Below are positions 17,161-29,300 of a stretch of DNA of 64,000 bases, in pieces; position 1 is the stretch's first letter; the number at the start of each line of letters is the position of its first letter. A program made the position numbers and the translations under genes. The notes under the pieces were generated by a model. The model was not told the origin of the DNA and made no database searches. It worked only from the letters and a program-made list of their open reading frames with translations. Source of the DNA: a virus (taxonomy: Duplodnaviria; Caudoviricetes); the IMG/VR virus record IMGVR_UViG_3300032330_001398; one strand, written 5' to 3'.

Positions 17161-20100
17161 ATGGCACGTTTCGTATTAACCGCTCAATTACAATTACAAG
17201 CTCCTAACAACGTAGCTCAAGTTGTTAGCCAAATCCAAAACCAACTTAACAATATTAGTGTTAATATACAGGTTCAAGGTTCGGCGCGGGCACAGCAGCA
17301 GATACAGCAAATAACCGCAAGTACCAATCAAGCAACTTCGGCTGCGGAGAGGATGGGTCGGGCATTTGCTGTATCTATTCGCCGTTTTGCAGCTTTTTCT
17401 ATTGCTACAAGAGCAGTAGGCTTATTTACTAGTACTCTAAGTGATGCTATACAAACAGCTATTGATTTTGAACGTCAATTAATTAAAGTTGCTCAAGTTA
17501 CTGGTAAAGGTGTTGGAGATTTAAGGGATTTAACAAATGAAATTACTAATTTAGCAAAAGGATTGGGTGTATCATCTCAATCGTTATTAGAAGTAACAAC
17601 AATTTTAACACAGGCCGGTTTAAGTGCTACTGATACTAAAATTGCGCTTAATTCATTAGCACAAGCAGCATTAGCCCCTAACTTTGATAGTATAACACAA
17701 ACTGCGGAAGGTGCTATTGCTATTCTTGCTCAATTCCAAGAAGGCGTAGAAGCTCTTGAAGGTCAATTAGGATCAATCAATGCGGTTGCTGGCGCATTTG
17801 CTGTTGAAGCTAGTGACTTAATTGACGTTATTCGTAGAACGGGCGGTGTGTTTAAATCTTCTGGTGGTGATCTTAACGAATTACTTGCGTTATTTACATC
17901 AGTAAGAGCAACAACGCGAGAAAGTGCTGAAAGTATTGGTACTGGTTTAAGAACTATTTTCACACGCATTCAACGTCCAGAAACTATCGAATTTTTAAAA
18001 CAATTCGGAGTCAATTTACTTGATCTAGAGGGTAAATTCGTTGGCCCATACGAAGCTATTAAAAGACTAAGTGAAGCTCTTAGCGGTCTTGGTGAAAGAG
18101 ATATTACATTTATTAAGATTGCTGAAGAGCTTGGTGGATTTCGACAAATTGGTAAAGTATTACCCTTGTTACAGCAATTTGCTACAGCAGAAGCCGCATT
18201 GAACGTAGCACAAAATGCTAATAATTCATTATCTAAAGATGCCGCATCAGCACAAGCAGCATTGGCGATTCGCATAATGAAAGTTAAAGAAGAATTTCTA
18301 GCATTAATTAGGAGTATTACTGAAACTCCAACATTTCAAATTATGGCTAATACTGCTTTAACTTTAGCTTCTGCTTTAATAAAAGTTGCTGAATCTATTA
18401 AACCATTATTACCACTGTTAGCAGCAGTAGCCGCTTTTAGAGCAATAAGAGGTGTAGGAACATTTGTTGGATCAACAGTTGCCGGATTACAATCTGGACG
18501 AACTTTTAATAAAGGTGGAAAAGTTCATCACTTTGCTACTGGTGGATTAGTTCCGGGAGTTGGTAATAGTGATACTGTTCCAGCAATGTTAAGTCCCGGC
18601 GAATTTGTTATACGCAAGAGCAGCGTACAGTCGATAGGTGCTAGCAATTTATCTGGAATGAATCAAGGAGGAATAGTCCAGAAATTTGCCGGTGGAGGTA
18701 GAATATTTGGAGCCGTTGGTTTAACACCAATGAATGATATTGAGGATGAAAAAGGTAGAGTCATAATTGGTACTGGATCACCAAAAGAATCAAGTATTTC
18801 CAGTGTTTTGGCTAGAAAAGCTGGTGGTGGTGGAAGCACCGGCGTTTTCAGTAGAGTAAAACAAAAAGATTGGCAACAAGCTATTAGATCAGCGATTGGT
18901 GGACCTTCAATTGCAACAGAGGTAATGGGTAGAACTTTTAAATTATCAGATCTTGAAAATACTCTCGGATCACAAGTAGATAGTGCAATTTCTTCATTAG
19001 TAACTAGTACGGCTCAAGTTCTTGGAGCAAAAACTGGAGTTGCAATAGAAGGATCTGTTACACCAAATATTTTATCTTCTATAGGTACAAGATCTACAAT
19101 AGGTAGTATTTTCGAAGGAGCGCTATCTTTACTTGGTGCCCCATTTGATAAAAGTATTAGTAGTGAACAAGATCCATTTGACTTTCCATCTGGGCTTGGT
19201 GGTGGATTATCTCAATATTTTGGATTCGCAAAAGGTATACCAGTAGAAGCTAAAAAAGATTTAAATCCCGGTTTAATGGCAGATATTGCTAATAGAAAAG
19301 CAACTAATTTAATTGCTGAAGAAGTATATAGAAGTCCACAATGGCAAGCCTTACTAAGACCTGTTAAAAAAGCTGCTGGCGGCGGCGTTGGGACAGATAC
19401 AGTTCCCGCAATGTTGACTCCCGGCGAGTTTGTTGTTAATAGGTCATCTGCACAGCGTATTGGTTATGGTAATCTTAACCATATGAACAAAGTTGGTAAG
19501 TATGCTAATGGTGGCATAGTTCAACACTTTGCTGGTGGCACTAGCGCCGCTGGCGTAAAAGCTCCAGCAATGCTTACTGGTCCATCAGGATTTGCTAGTT
19601 TTGACGCATTAAATAAACAAGCTATATTACTAGCTAAAGCTCAACAGGTTCATATTAATGCTACTAATGCGGCCACGCAGGGACAAAATCAAAATACTCA
19701 ATCAAATACTCAAAATACTCAATCACAAAATCAAAATACTCAAGCTCAAAATAGAAATTCAAAAAGCGCATTAGAATCAGCGGCAAGTAATAAAATGTTT
19801 GCAGCATCTATGGCTGTTGGTCTATTGCAAGGATTTTTACCAGCGGTAGATGAAAATAGTAGTATGCTACTAAAGTTTTCCACATCTTTATTAGGAATAG
19901 TTAGCACTGTTACAACTCTCGGGTTTGCATTAGAAGCTTTCGGTGTTAATCTAACTTTAGCAGAATTAACAAATTTAGATAAAATGGCTAATAGGCTTGG
20001 TCTTGTATTTGATAATATTGGGAAAATTGGATCTAGTTTAGTTAGCTCTATAAAAAATGTGATTATTTCAAAAACCTCAGAGGCGGCAGCTTCAAAAGCT

Positions 20101-23100
20101 TCCGCAGCAGCAGACTCTGCCGAAGCAGCAGCTTCTGCCACTTCAACTGTTGCTGATACAGCAGAAGCAGCAGCATCTGCTACTTCGACGGCGGCAGATA
20201 CAGCAGAAGCAGCAGCTTCTACAGCAGCAGCAGCAGCCGACACAGCAGAAGCAGCAGCTTCTACAGCAGCAGCAGCAGCCGACACAGTAGAAGCAGCAGC
20301 TTCTACAGCAGCCGCCGGTGCGGACGCTGCGCAAGCAGTGGGGGGTATTACAAAACAGGCATCGGCTCTTGGTCAAAAATTAGGAGGTTTTGCAATAGGC
20401 GCAACCGCTGCTTATTTAGCCACAAAAGTATTTTCAGACGCATTAAGAAAAAGTGCTGAAGATATGAATAAGGCAAAAATAGACGCTGGGGATGTTGAAG
20501 GGGCTAGACAAGCTGGAGAAAATTTACCCGGTTTAGATTATGCAGAATTATTAGGAAATATTGGGTTAGCTGCTGGAGTAACGATTGGTGGAGGTGTGGG
20601 CGCATTTGGTGGCGCTGCTGCGGGTAGTGTTGTTCCCGTTGTTGGAAATTTAGTTGGCACCGCAGCGGGAGCAGCCGGTGGAGCAGCGATTGGTGGAGTT
20701 ACCGGTTATGGTTTGGGAAGAGCGGCTGGAAATTTTATTAATTCAACAGTAGGACGAACAGATAATGTAATAGCTGCTGGTAGTGCTAGCGCATCAGCGG
20801 CGCAGTTTGTTAAAACCAATAAAATTCTAGAAAATTCTAGCGAGAAAGCGGCAAAAGCTTTACAAGATATTGAATCTGGAGCAATATCATTTAAAGAAGG
20901 ATTAAATATCCTATCTATTGAAACACAATCAAGTGTTGATGCTATGAGGTTAGCAAACGAAGCTAATGCCGCACAAGAAAAAGTTAATAGTAAAAAATCA
21001 ACTGGATTTGGCCGCACTTTTGGTGCTTATATCAGTGGCGGTTACGTTGATAGCAATGAAGAGGTACAGCAACAAAATAATACCATAAAACAAAGACGGC
21101 AAGAGTCTCAGCGCATTGGTCAACAGCAATTAAAAACTTTACAACCGCTTCTACAAGGACAAATGAGAACCACAGCAATAACTGGTGGAGATTTTGACAG
21201 TTTCTTAGATTCATTAAGTGATACTGAATTTGAATTACTCAATATGACAGATGATGGAATTAAAAATGCTTATCAAGCATTTACTAATATTACTAAAGAA
21301 ATTGAAATTACAAGGCAAGCTTTAGATGCAATGAATTTAGGTCTTAGGGGTCCAACAGCTACAGCAACTGCTATGTCATCAAGTATGGATAGATTTGCTG
21401 CCGGATTAGAAGTTGGAGGTAGTTCATTCGTTTCTAATGCGCAATTTTTATCAGAAGCAATGACTAGCGCCGCACAAGCTATGAATGATGAAGATATTAA
21501 ATCTTCTATGCAAGATGTTAGAAAGAATTTAGAAGAAATGGGGGTGTCTCCAGAATTTGCGGATAAATTTGAAACTAATGCTAACGCATTTATACAGGCT
21601 CAAAAAAATTATGGTACAGCTTTTGATAGCATAGTAGCTAATCTAAAAGCTCAAAGAGAAAAAGGTTTATCTCCAAATACGAGTCCAATGGCTATTAAAG
21701 AAGCTTTCGCAAAAGAACTTACGGCAGGTTTAGGAGATGAAGCAAAACAAAATCTTACAAACATTATCAAAAATATTGATTTAAATGATGCAGAAGTCGA
21801 AAAGATTTTAGCTGGTGATTTAAGTGTTTTTGGAGATAAATTAACAGAAGCTGGTCAAAAACAAATTGAAGATATAGTTAAAATTGCTCAAGAAAGACAA
21901 AAAGCAGAAAATGTATTAATCGACTTAACGAAAAAAAGAATTGATGCTGAAAGAAATTCGTTAGAAGCACAAAAAGAAGCTCTATCTTTAACAATGGAAG
22001 GCAGAGAACTTCAAAGTAAATACGGCGGCAAAGTAGTTACTAATGAAGAACGTAAACAAAGTGTATTAGCTAGGGCAAATGTTAATAGTAAAGAGAGTGG
22101 TTTAACAGGAATGAAAACTGGTAGCCTAGAAGAACTTAGGGCACGTAATAGCGAAATTAAAAAAGGTTTTTCAGACATAGAAGCCCAAAGAAGACAACCA
22201 AATGGTTTACAAAAAGCTTCTGGCGTTGTTCAAGATGAAAAACAAAAAGATCTTCAAAAAGCTCAAAAAGAACAAATTGCAACAATTAGAGAGCTTGTTA
22301 AACTTGAAGAAGAAAATCTCAAATTAATTGGAGAAAAAAATAAACTAGAAAAAGATTCTATTGATGCTTTAGTCAGTGGCGACATTGATAAATTCATGCA
22401 AACACAAGCGACCATTGGCGCTACGGCAGCTATTGCAACTGGAAATCAATCGTTAATGAAAGCTTTTGGTGGAGAAGCTTTAGGTGCTGCGGCTCAAGAT
22501 ATTAGAAGACAGCAAGAAGCTGGCGTTGGACAATTATATGGCAGAGACTTAGCTGGTCAGGGTGGTTTAACACAACAAGCCTATGGGGCCGCACTTGGTG
22601 CTAGAGGTGTTACTGATCCTAGATTAGCGCAAGTTGCCGCTGGAACAACCGCAGAAGAGGAAGCCGCAAAATCTAGATTAAGAGATTATGGAACAGCTTT
22701 GGGTGAAACTGGCCAGCTTGGTGCAGAAATGGCTTCAATGCAATTTGAAACTGCTGAAATTAATGTTAAAGATGCCACCGTTGTTATGGATAATATAATA
22801 AGACAAGGTAACGCTGTAGCTGCTGGTAGAGCTAACGGCGGTTTAATTTATGCTAATCGTGGAATGTTTATCCCAAGAGGAAGCGACACAGTTCCCGCCA
22901 TGTTAACTCCCGGCGAATTTGTAGTAAGAAGAGAAGCTGTTAATCGTGGCAATAATCTACAACTATTACAATCAATTAATGGTGGTGGAGCCACAGCAAA
23001 CTCAACAGTGATGGGTTTTGCTAGAGGAGGTCAAGTTCAATACTATTCTGGCGGCGGCGGTGTATCTAATAATGGTAGCAGCGAATCTTTTGAGAAATTA

Positions 23101-23346
23101 ACCAAAGCACTTAGTAAAGTGATGGGATATGTTAATGGTGTAGCGGAAAGTATCAAATCATTACCAACAACAATATCTCATCAAATAGCTGATACTAAAG
23201 TTGATGTTAATGTTATGGGTGGAAATATGCTAAATGCTTTTGCTGATAATTTAGAAAGTCGCGTTATGAATAAAGTATCGGAAAAACTAAAAAATTCTCA
23301 CCCAACCGAAGCCGGTATGCAAAGCAAGGGATCAGTATTAGGATAA
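17161..23346 (+). CDS. Tail tape measure protein (TP901-like core) with three DTVPAML-PGEFV modules
   Basis: 2061 aa Ala/Gly/Gln-rich; AIDFERQLIKVAQVTG...ATTRESAESIGTGLRTIFTRI core; hydrophobic segments; position after tube and chaperone genes. Confidence 0.9.
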   Translation: MARFVLTAQLQLQAPNNVAQVVSQIQNQLNNISVNIQVQGSARAQQQIQQITASTNQATSAAERMGRAFAVSIRRFAAFSIATRAVGLFTSTLSDAIQTAIDFERQLIKVAQVTGKGVGDLRDLTNEITNLAKGLGVSSQSLLEVTTILTQAGLSATDTKIALNSLAQAALAPNFDSITQTAEGAIAILAQFQEGVEALEGQLGSINAVAGAFAVEASDLIDVIRRTGGVFKSSGGDLNELLALFTSVRATTRESAESIGTGLRTIFTRIQRPETIEFLKQFGVNLLDLEGKFVGPYEAIKRLSEALSGLGERDITFIKIAEELGGFRQIGKVLPLLQQFATAEAALNVAQNANNSLSKDAASAQAALAIRIMKVKEEFLALIRSITETPTFQIMANTALTLASALIKVAESIKPLLPLLAAVAAFRAIRGVGTFVGSTVAGLQSGRTFNKGGKVHHFATGGLVPGVGNSDTVPAMLSPGEFVIRKSSVQSIGASNLSGMNQGGIVQKFAGGGRIFGAVGLTPMNDIEDEKGRVIIGTGSPKESSISSVLARKAGGGGSTGVFSRVKQKDWQQAIRSAIGGPSIATEVMGRTFKLSDLENTLGSQVDSAISSLVTSTAQVLGAKTGVAIEGSVTPNILSSIGTRSTIGSIFEGALSLLGAPFDKSISSEQDPFDFPSGLGGGLSQYFGFAKGIPVEAKKDLNPGLMADIANRKATNLIAEEVYRSPQWQALLRPVKKAAGGGVGTDTVPAMLTPGEFVVNRSSAQRIGYGNLNHMNKVGKYANGGIVQHFAGGTSAAGVKAPAMLTGPSGFASFDALNKQAILLAKAQQVHINATNAATQGQNQNTQSNTQNTQSQNQNTQAQNRNSKSALESAASNKMFAASMAVGLLQGFLPAVDENSSMLLKFSTSLLGIVSTVTTLGFALEAFGVNLTLAELTNLDKMANRLGLVFDNIGKIGSSLVSSIKNVIISKTSEAAASKASAAADSAEAAASATSTVADTAEAAASATSTAADTAEAAASTAAAAADTAEAAASTAAAAADTVEAAASTAAAGADAAQAVGGITKQASALGQKLGGFAIGATAAYLATKVFSDALRKSAEDMNKAKIDAGDVEGARQAGENLPGLDYAELLGNIGLAAGVTIGGGVGAFGGAAAGSVVPVVGNLVGTAAGAAGGAAIGGVTGYGLGRAAGNFINSTVGRTDNVIAAGSASASAAQFVKTNKILENSSEKAAKALQDIESGAISFKEGLNILSIETQSSVDAMRLANEANAAQEKVNSKKSTGFGRTFGAYISGGYVDSNEEVQQQNNTIKQRRQESQRIGQQQLKTLQPLLQGQMRTTAITGGDFDSFLDSLSDTEFELLNMTDDGIKNAYQAFTNITKEIEITRQALDAMNLGLRGPTATATAMSSSMDRFAAGLEVGGSSFVSNAQFLSEAMTSAAQAMNDEDIKSSMQDVRKNLEEMGVSPEFADKFETNANAFIQAQKNYGTAFDSIVANLKAQREKGLSPNTSPMAIKEAFAKELTAGLGDEAKQNLTNIIKNIDLNDAEVEKILAGDLSVFGDKLTEAGQKQIEDIVKIAQERQKAENVLIDLTKKRIDAERNSLEAQKEALSLTMEGRELQSKYGGKVVTNEERKQSVLARANVNSKESGLTGMKTGSLEELRARNSEIKKGFSDIEAQRRQPNGLQKASGVVQDEKQKDLQKAQKEQIATIRELVKLEEENLKLIGEKNKLEKDSIDALVSGDIDKFMQTQATIGATAAIATGNQSLMKAFGGEALGAAAQDIRRQQEAGVGQLYGRDLAGQGGLTQQAYGAALGARGVTDPRLAQVAAGTTAEEEAAKSRLRDYGTALGETGQLGAEMASMQFETAEINVKDATVVMDNIIRQGNAVAAGRANGGLIYANRGMFIPRGSDTVPAMLTPGEFVVRREAVNRGNNLQLLQSINGGGATANSTVMGFARGGQVQYYSGGGGVSNNGSSESFEKLTKALSKVMGYVNGVAESIKSLPTTISHQIADTKVDVNVMGGNMLNAFADNLESRVMNKVSEKLKNSHPTEAGMQSKGSVLG
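19678..19760 (+). repeat. 21-bp (7-aa) Q/N-rich tandem repeat in TMP
   Basis: QGQNQNT-QSNTQNT-QSQNQNT-QAQNRNS. Confidence 0.75.
20080..20331 (+). repeat. 42-bp (14-aa) tandem repeat x6 in TMP
   Basis: EAAASxxxxxADxx six times; central copies near-identical in DNA. Confidence 0.9.
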
Positions 23347-23349
23347 ATT

Positions 23350-26300
23350 ATGCTAACAGATTGTTTACCATGTCAGTTAAAACGAACTAGTAGAATAAAA
23401 TCTACAAGTTCATTAAAAGTATCATCAATATCAGATCTTAGCCCAAAAGCTAGACTTTCTGGCATTGGTGGATTGAAATTAGATATATCTAAAAAAATTG
23501 GTTTTACAGCACGGTTAACTGTTGATAGTGATTTTAAAGCCAAAGAAAATATGACATTTGGCCTTAATGAATTGTCACAATCTGGAGAGGGAGATATTCG
23601 TGGAATTTTAAGCGTATCCGGTAATTTGATTGGGCGAGTATCATCATCTAGTTCAATTCAAAATGTATATGTTGATAAATTTGCTGGACCAATAAGTTCA
23701 CTATCCTCTGTTAATAATTTCTTTTCAACAGAAAGATTGTATCCAATTAGTGACGTAATAGTAGATAATATTGTTGACAAAAATTTAAATAACAGTAATC
23801 TTTTTCCCAGCATTGATGATGGTATTTTTACTGGAAATTATACTGAAAATTACAAAATCAGTAAACTAATATCTGATGATGCAAATTCTTATATTCAACC
23901 ATCTTCAATTATTACTGATGGAAATTTTAGATACAAGTTTGAAGTTACAAAACCATTTGCTATCAAAGATAGCTTCTTATTTATAAGAGCTTCTGCACCC
24001 ATCTCTAACTATACATCAAGTACTCCACCGCGATACTCTTTGTCGAATATAAAACTAGAAGATCCATCTGGTAATTTAATCATAAAATATAAAGATATTA
24101 TTCTACGCGGAGATTCTGATTATTCTAAGGATAATGTTAACTATACCACATATATTTCAGAACCCGAAATTAACAATTTATCTCTTGGAACTTGGGAATA
24201 TAACTATCCATTAATGGAAGAAGAGGATGGGTATACCCTTAATATTGATATAGCCAGTTTGTGTTTAGATGACCCATTCGATACTGGTTTTAATAAAGGA
24301 TATGAATATGACTGTGTTAGTTTAGAGTCAGAATTATCAGAAATTCTACCTTTACTCCCGCAGCCAAATAATAGTATTAGAATATCATCTATTGAGATTT
24401 TAAATAGTGGTGGTGTTGGAGTATTACGGGATAATTATGTTACTCTATATTCAGAAGTTCAAGCTGTTGGTCAAAGAATTTCTCGTTCAATAAAACCTAG
24501 TCAATTACTAAATAAAGATTTTGATACCGGTATATATCCAACAGTTAAGAGTTTATGGAAATCAAACAACGGTTTAGTTAATAATTCTAGTACCGCTGGC
24601 TCAAATGCTTTACAAAATATTCTTGTTAATGAATCTAAAAATGACTTTATAGTTCTTGACTACATAGATGGAGTAAGCGATTCTGGCAAATTGAATCTTA
24701 AATTTTCACATACTCCACCGGTTTATGTTGATGAATACTCTGATGGATCATTTAATTTTGGACAACTATCTAGAAATTTTAAATCAGCAAAATTCAACAG
24801 AGTAGCTCCCGTAGATAATTTCTTTACTGTTGATAGTGCTGAGTTGAAAATTACAGCAAAGAAAGCTATTGGAAGTAGAGATTATGTTATTGACGTTGTT
24901 GGTTATAGTGATGATAAATTACTAAATATAACATCAGCAGTTGGTGGATTTTTACAAAATGTTTCTGGAGTTGGGGATATACCAATTTCATCTGGATTTA
25001 GCAACATTGACGATTTAGGTATTTCATCAGAAACTATATCAGATAAAAGTTCATATTACTCTTCATCTTTGACTAATAATGCTGGTGGAGATCACTACCA
25101 ATTAACATCATCTCCAGTTGTAAATAGCACATCGTTTGATGATTATATTATCCCATTGAAAATCTACGATGACCGTGTTTCTATTGGAAAATCAAGAGAT
25201 TATTCATCAAGTTCGTTTTTTGAAAATTTGTACTTGGATATATTTCCTATTCCAAGTGGAGCATCAATTTCAAATGTTGAATTAATAGTATATTATAAGC
25301 CATCTAATGGTTTAATGTTACATACTCTTGGTCAAGGAAGTAGACAGGTTGGACATGCTACTGTTAAGATTTATCCATCTCGTAGACAAATAAATGATGA
25401 TATTATCAACACTGGCCCAGAATATGCTCCAATTTCTTTGATTGAAGATATTCCTCATGGATATAAAACAACAACAACTTTAAAAACTAATTATCCGCGA
25501 AGATGGAGAGGAGTTGATGGAACTATAACTTCTGGACCATTTGATCCATACCAGTTTGATTTCTCATTTTATAATCCTCAGTTAGCAACTCCATTTTTAA
25601 GTGGTTATTTTTCATTTAACAACGATATTGATGGAATCATAATTTCAGATGAAATACCAGACTTTTCTCCAATAAGTGGTTTTTATATTGGTGAGTATAA
25701 CGTTATCAAAAATATTGGATTAAGATTCAATTCAACATCAGCTTTTACTGAAAATACACCATACACCACAATAGATTGGACTTCAATAGAAGGATATGAA
25801 AATGATCCTTTGTATGGGTTAATATCTGATTCGTATGACAACGCTGTAAGAGTTCATGGATCGAATGGGTATATAAACTTTGGAAATATAGACACCGTTA
25901 GCGGTTTTGCTATTTTTGCTAGATTTAGTCCAGATATTAATATGAGTGGAATTGGGTATAACCTGTGGAATTCTGGCATTATTTTTTCTAAGCATGATGA
26001 TGAAGAAGATTTAATTTTTGCTCTAGGGTACGAAGATGGTTATTTAACTGGATATGCTAGAGACTCCGATGGAAATATTCATTCTGTTCAAGATGCTGCG
26101 TCTTACGATGAATATCAATACCCACTATCTGTTATTCTAACATATAATGATAACCTATCACAAAAACTAAAACTATATACTGATAATGAAAAGAATTTTA
26201 ATGGCGATGACGCTCTTTCTAATTGGAATTGTTTGAGAGATGAATCGTCAGAATTTACTCTTGATACTAATAATAGTGATCTAACGTTTGGCTATAGCAA

Positions 26301-29300
26301 AAATGACAATATTGGAATAAGCGCATTTATAACAGATATTGGAATCTCTACTTATAATACTAGTGGAACAAATATTGTTAGCTTATTAATGCCCGTTGAT
26401 TTAATAAATAAACAAATGGTTGCTGATAAGTTTTTTGAAACATTAAGACATAAATTCTGGAAAGAAATAGAGCCAACAGTGGCTGATGAATTTAAATTAT
26501 GGCAATATATTGATGAAGATACTTCAGATTGGCATCTTGGGGCTTTTGAATATAATTCGTTTTCACCAGCTTATGACTCATTTACAAAAAGAGTTGGATC
26601 AGATTATCTAATACATAGATTAAAACACGATGGCTCATCTTATAGTTTCACAACAGATTTACTTCTACCATCAAGTGTTCCAACGGAAGGAATATCATAC
26701 CACTCTCAAATAGAAAATGATTTCTTAAGATTTAATTTATCAGATATTCCAGACGCTAATCCTAATTTTATATCTGTTGCTCCAAGAATTTGTAAAACAT
26801 TACCAAGGGGATATAATTTCGCTGAACGCGCTATGGTCGTTGATACAATCATACAGCATGAATGCGACACCACTATATCTTGGAACGATGGAACATTTGG
26901 CCCCAAGCTAATTGTTAGTTTATATACCAAAAACCAAGAACCAATTGATAGACCTAGTAAAGTCAATTGGGGCTTAATAAATAGGCACACCCACTATCTT
27001 GAAATATCTGGTCATTGGACCAAATTATCAAGTACATTTGACTTCAATGACTTAATAGATACTTCTGAACCTTGGGCAAATTTTGATCAAGATCGTAACA
27101 TTTCAGAATTTGAAGCTAAATACTACTCTACTGATATAAATGATATGTTTTTACAGTATGACTTAGTTTATCCAAGCGGTCAACCGTTTGATTCTAAAAT
27201 TAAAATACATAGCGCGACCGTTAGACTAGAGGACGCTCTTATACGTGCGGCAGATTTAAATTCTAGTTTTAATCTTATTGGCAGTGGCGAGTTCAAATCT
27301 TTGACAGATATTAATCTGTATGTTGGTGGATTGGAAGTAACAAGTGGGGATATGAGCTTGTTCATAGATAGTCAACCAATTCCAACATCATCATCTGTTA
27401 TGAATGTATTTTGTTCTGGTGGTGATTGGATTAAGAATCATCTATCACTATATGTTTTAACAATCGGAACCATAGATAGTTCAAATTCAGATAATTATCA
27501 ATCATTTGATATTTTTGGATCGTCTAGAATTTTAGGACCAGCACTATTTATTGATGGAAAAACTAACCAGTTTGATGAACAAAATCTATCATTATTTACA
27601 GAAAATCTATTAGCGTCACAAACGGCTTCTGGAAATCTATCATTATTCACAAGTAATAAATTATTATCTGATGTTAACAAAGCCTCGTTTAATATGTATA
27701 TATTCTGTAATACGTATACAAGTCATTTCCCATATGATAAAATGTCTTTGTATACAGAGGTTCAAAACCTATATGATAGATCACAAAATAGTTTTAATCT
27801 ATATGCGTCAGCCCAAGATTATACAATAACCACGCTAGACAATTCATTCAATCTTTATACGTTAAATTATTTAGCTTATAATCAAGAATTAACACAACAA
27901 ACAACTATTGGATGGAATAATGTTAGTGTTGGGAAATCAATAGAACTAGATGATAATATATACGCCACATTAAATGCAAATGATGAAATTAGGGGCGTTG
28001 ATTTAATTTGTTATGGTAAATGCGATAATGGTATTCCATGTCAAGAAGATTCTGTATTTTTACACGAACAATTGTGGAAAGCACCAATTGAGTGTATAGA
28101 TGGCGGCATATTTAGAGCTAAAAAGACCTACACGAATTTATCAACAAGAGGTTTTAATACTGATGTTGGTTATAGTGGACATTTCTATGGAATTAGAAAA
28201 TACACCGATCTTATTCCAAACGCTCCATATAAAGTCGTTATAACTGGTAAAACCGGAAGCACCAACCGTATAGAAATTCCAAAAGAGTTTGAAGAATTAA
28301 ATTATCCAATAGAAGGGTTTGGTCAGTCTGGAACAAAATTAATTGGCGATGAGCCATATGTTGAAAACGGAAGACAAATCAATGCTCATTATGGAAAATC
28401 AGTCGCTGTTAAAAAAGATCTTATAGCAATAGGTTCTCCATTTAGTACAGTTTATGATTCGAATGATTATGCTCTAGAAAATGCTGGAACAATATTCTTA
28501 TATAGAAGACTACCGGCACCAAGCGGAAATGAATGGTCATTGAATTTAAATGAACATAAATCTGGTTGGATGTTGGAAGATCAAATTAATTTGCCAACTG
28601 GATATATTAGAGATTATTATACTCAACAATCAACTGTTCTATTCCCCGGATTTGATCCAATAACAGAAAGATATTGGAATGTTGGTCAAGAGGGTAGACA
28701 GTTTGGACATTCTTTAGACTTGGCTATCCACCCAGTTAATAATTCTTTAAATGAACCAAACAAACAAATTCTAGTTGTTGGAGGTCCAAGTTCAAATTGG
28801 ACAAGAACATTTGATCAACTTAACCCAGAAAAAGTGCAAATTGCACTAATCATTTTTACAGACGAATTTTCACCAGTGTCAAGTGATGGTAGAACATATG
28901 TTAATATAATTGAGAATATCAAAAACAAAGACTTGATATTTAAATATTTCTCAGATCCATCAACTCAGTTTGATGTTAAACTTATCATTTTTGAACCAAC
29001 CCTTGATCAACAAATAACATCTCTCGATTTCCCAGATCCAAAACCAACATTCATAACTAAAAAACGCATACATAGAGCGTGGGGAAATGATCCTCAAACA
29101 GAAACCATACTAAATGAAATTAAAGATGGATTCCACGAAGCATTTCCTTATGATGAGAATGCTCTTAATAATAATATTCCACCACTACTAGGTTTTTATG
29201 TTGATAATAGCTGGTCTTTAGGAAAAGCTTCATTAAATGGAAAAAATGGCGGTGGAGCAATAGATCAATTCATAGACTACTATAAAGACTATAGCTTTAC

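Noticed and set aside
19746-20376. Antisense Ala- and Cys-rich ORFs in the TMP
   Set aside because: Shadows of the 42-bp repeat
22061-23076. Extra GTGTAT hexamers at ~22061 and ~23060 as late promoters
   Set aside because: Lack TA at the N7-spaced position
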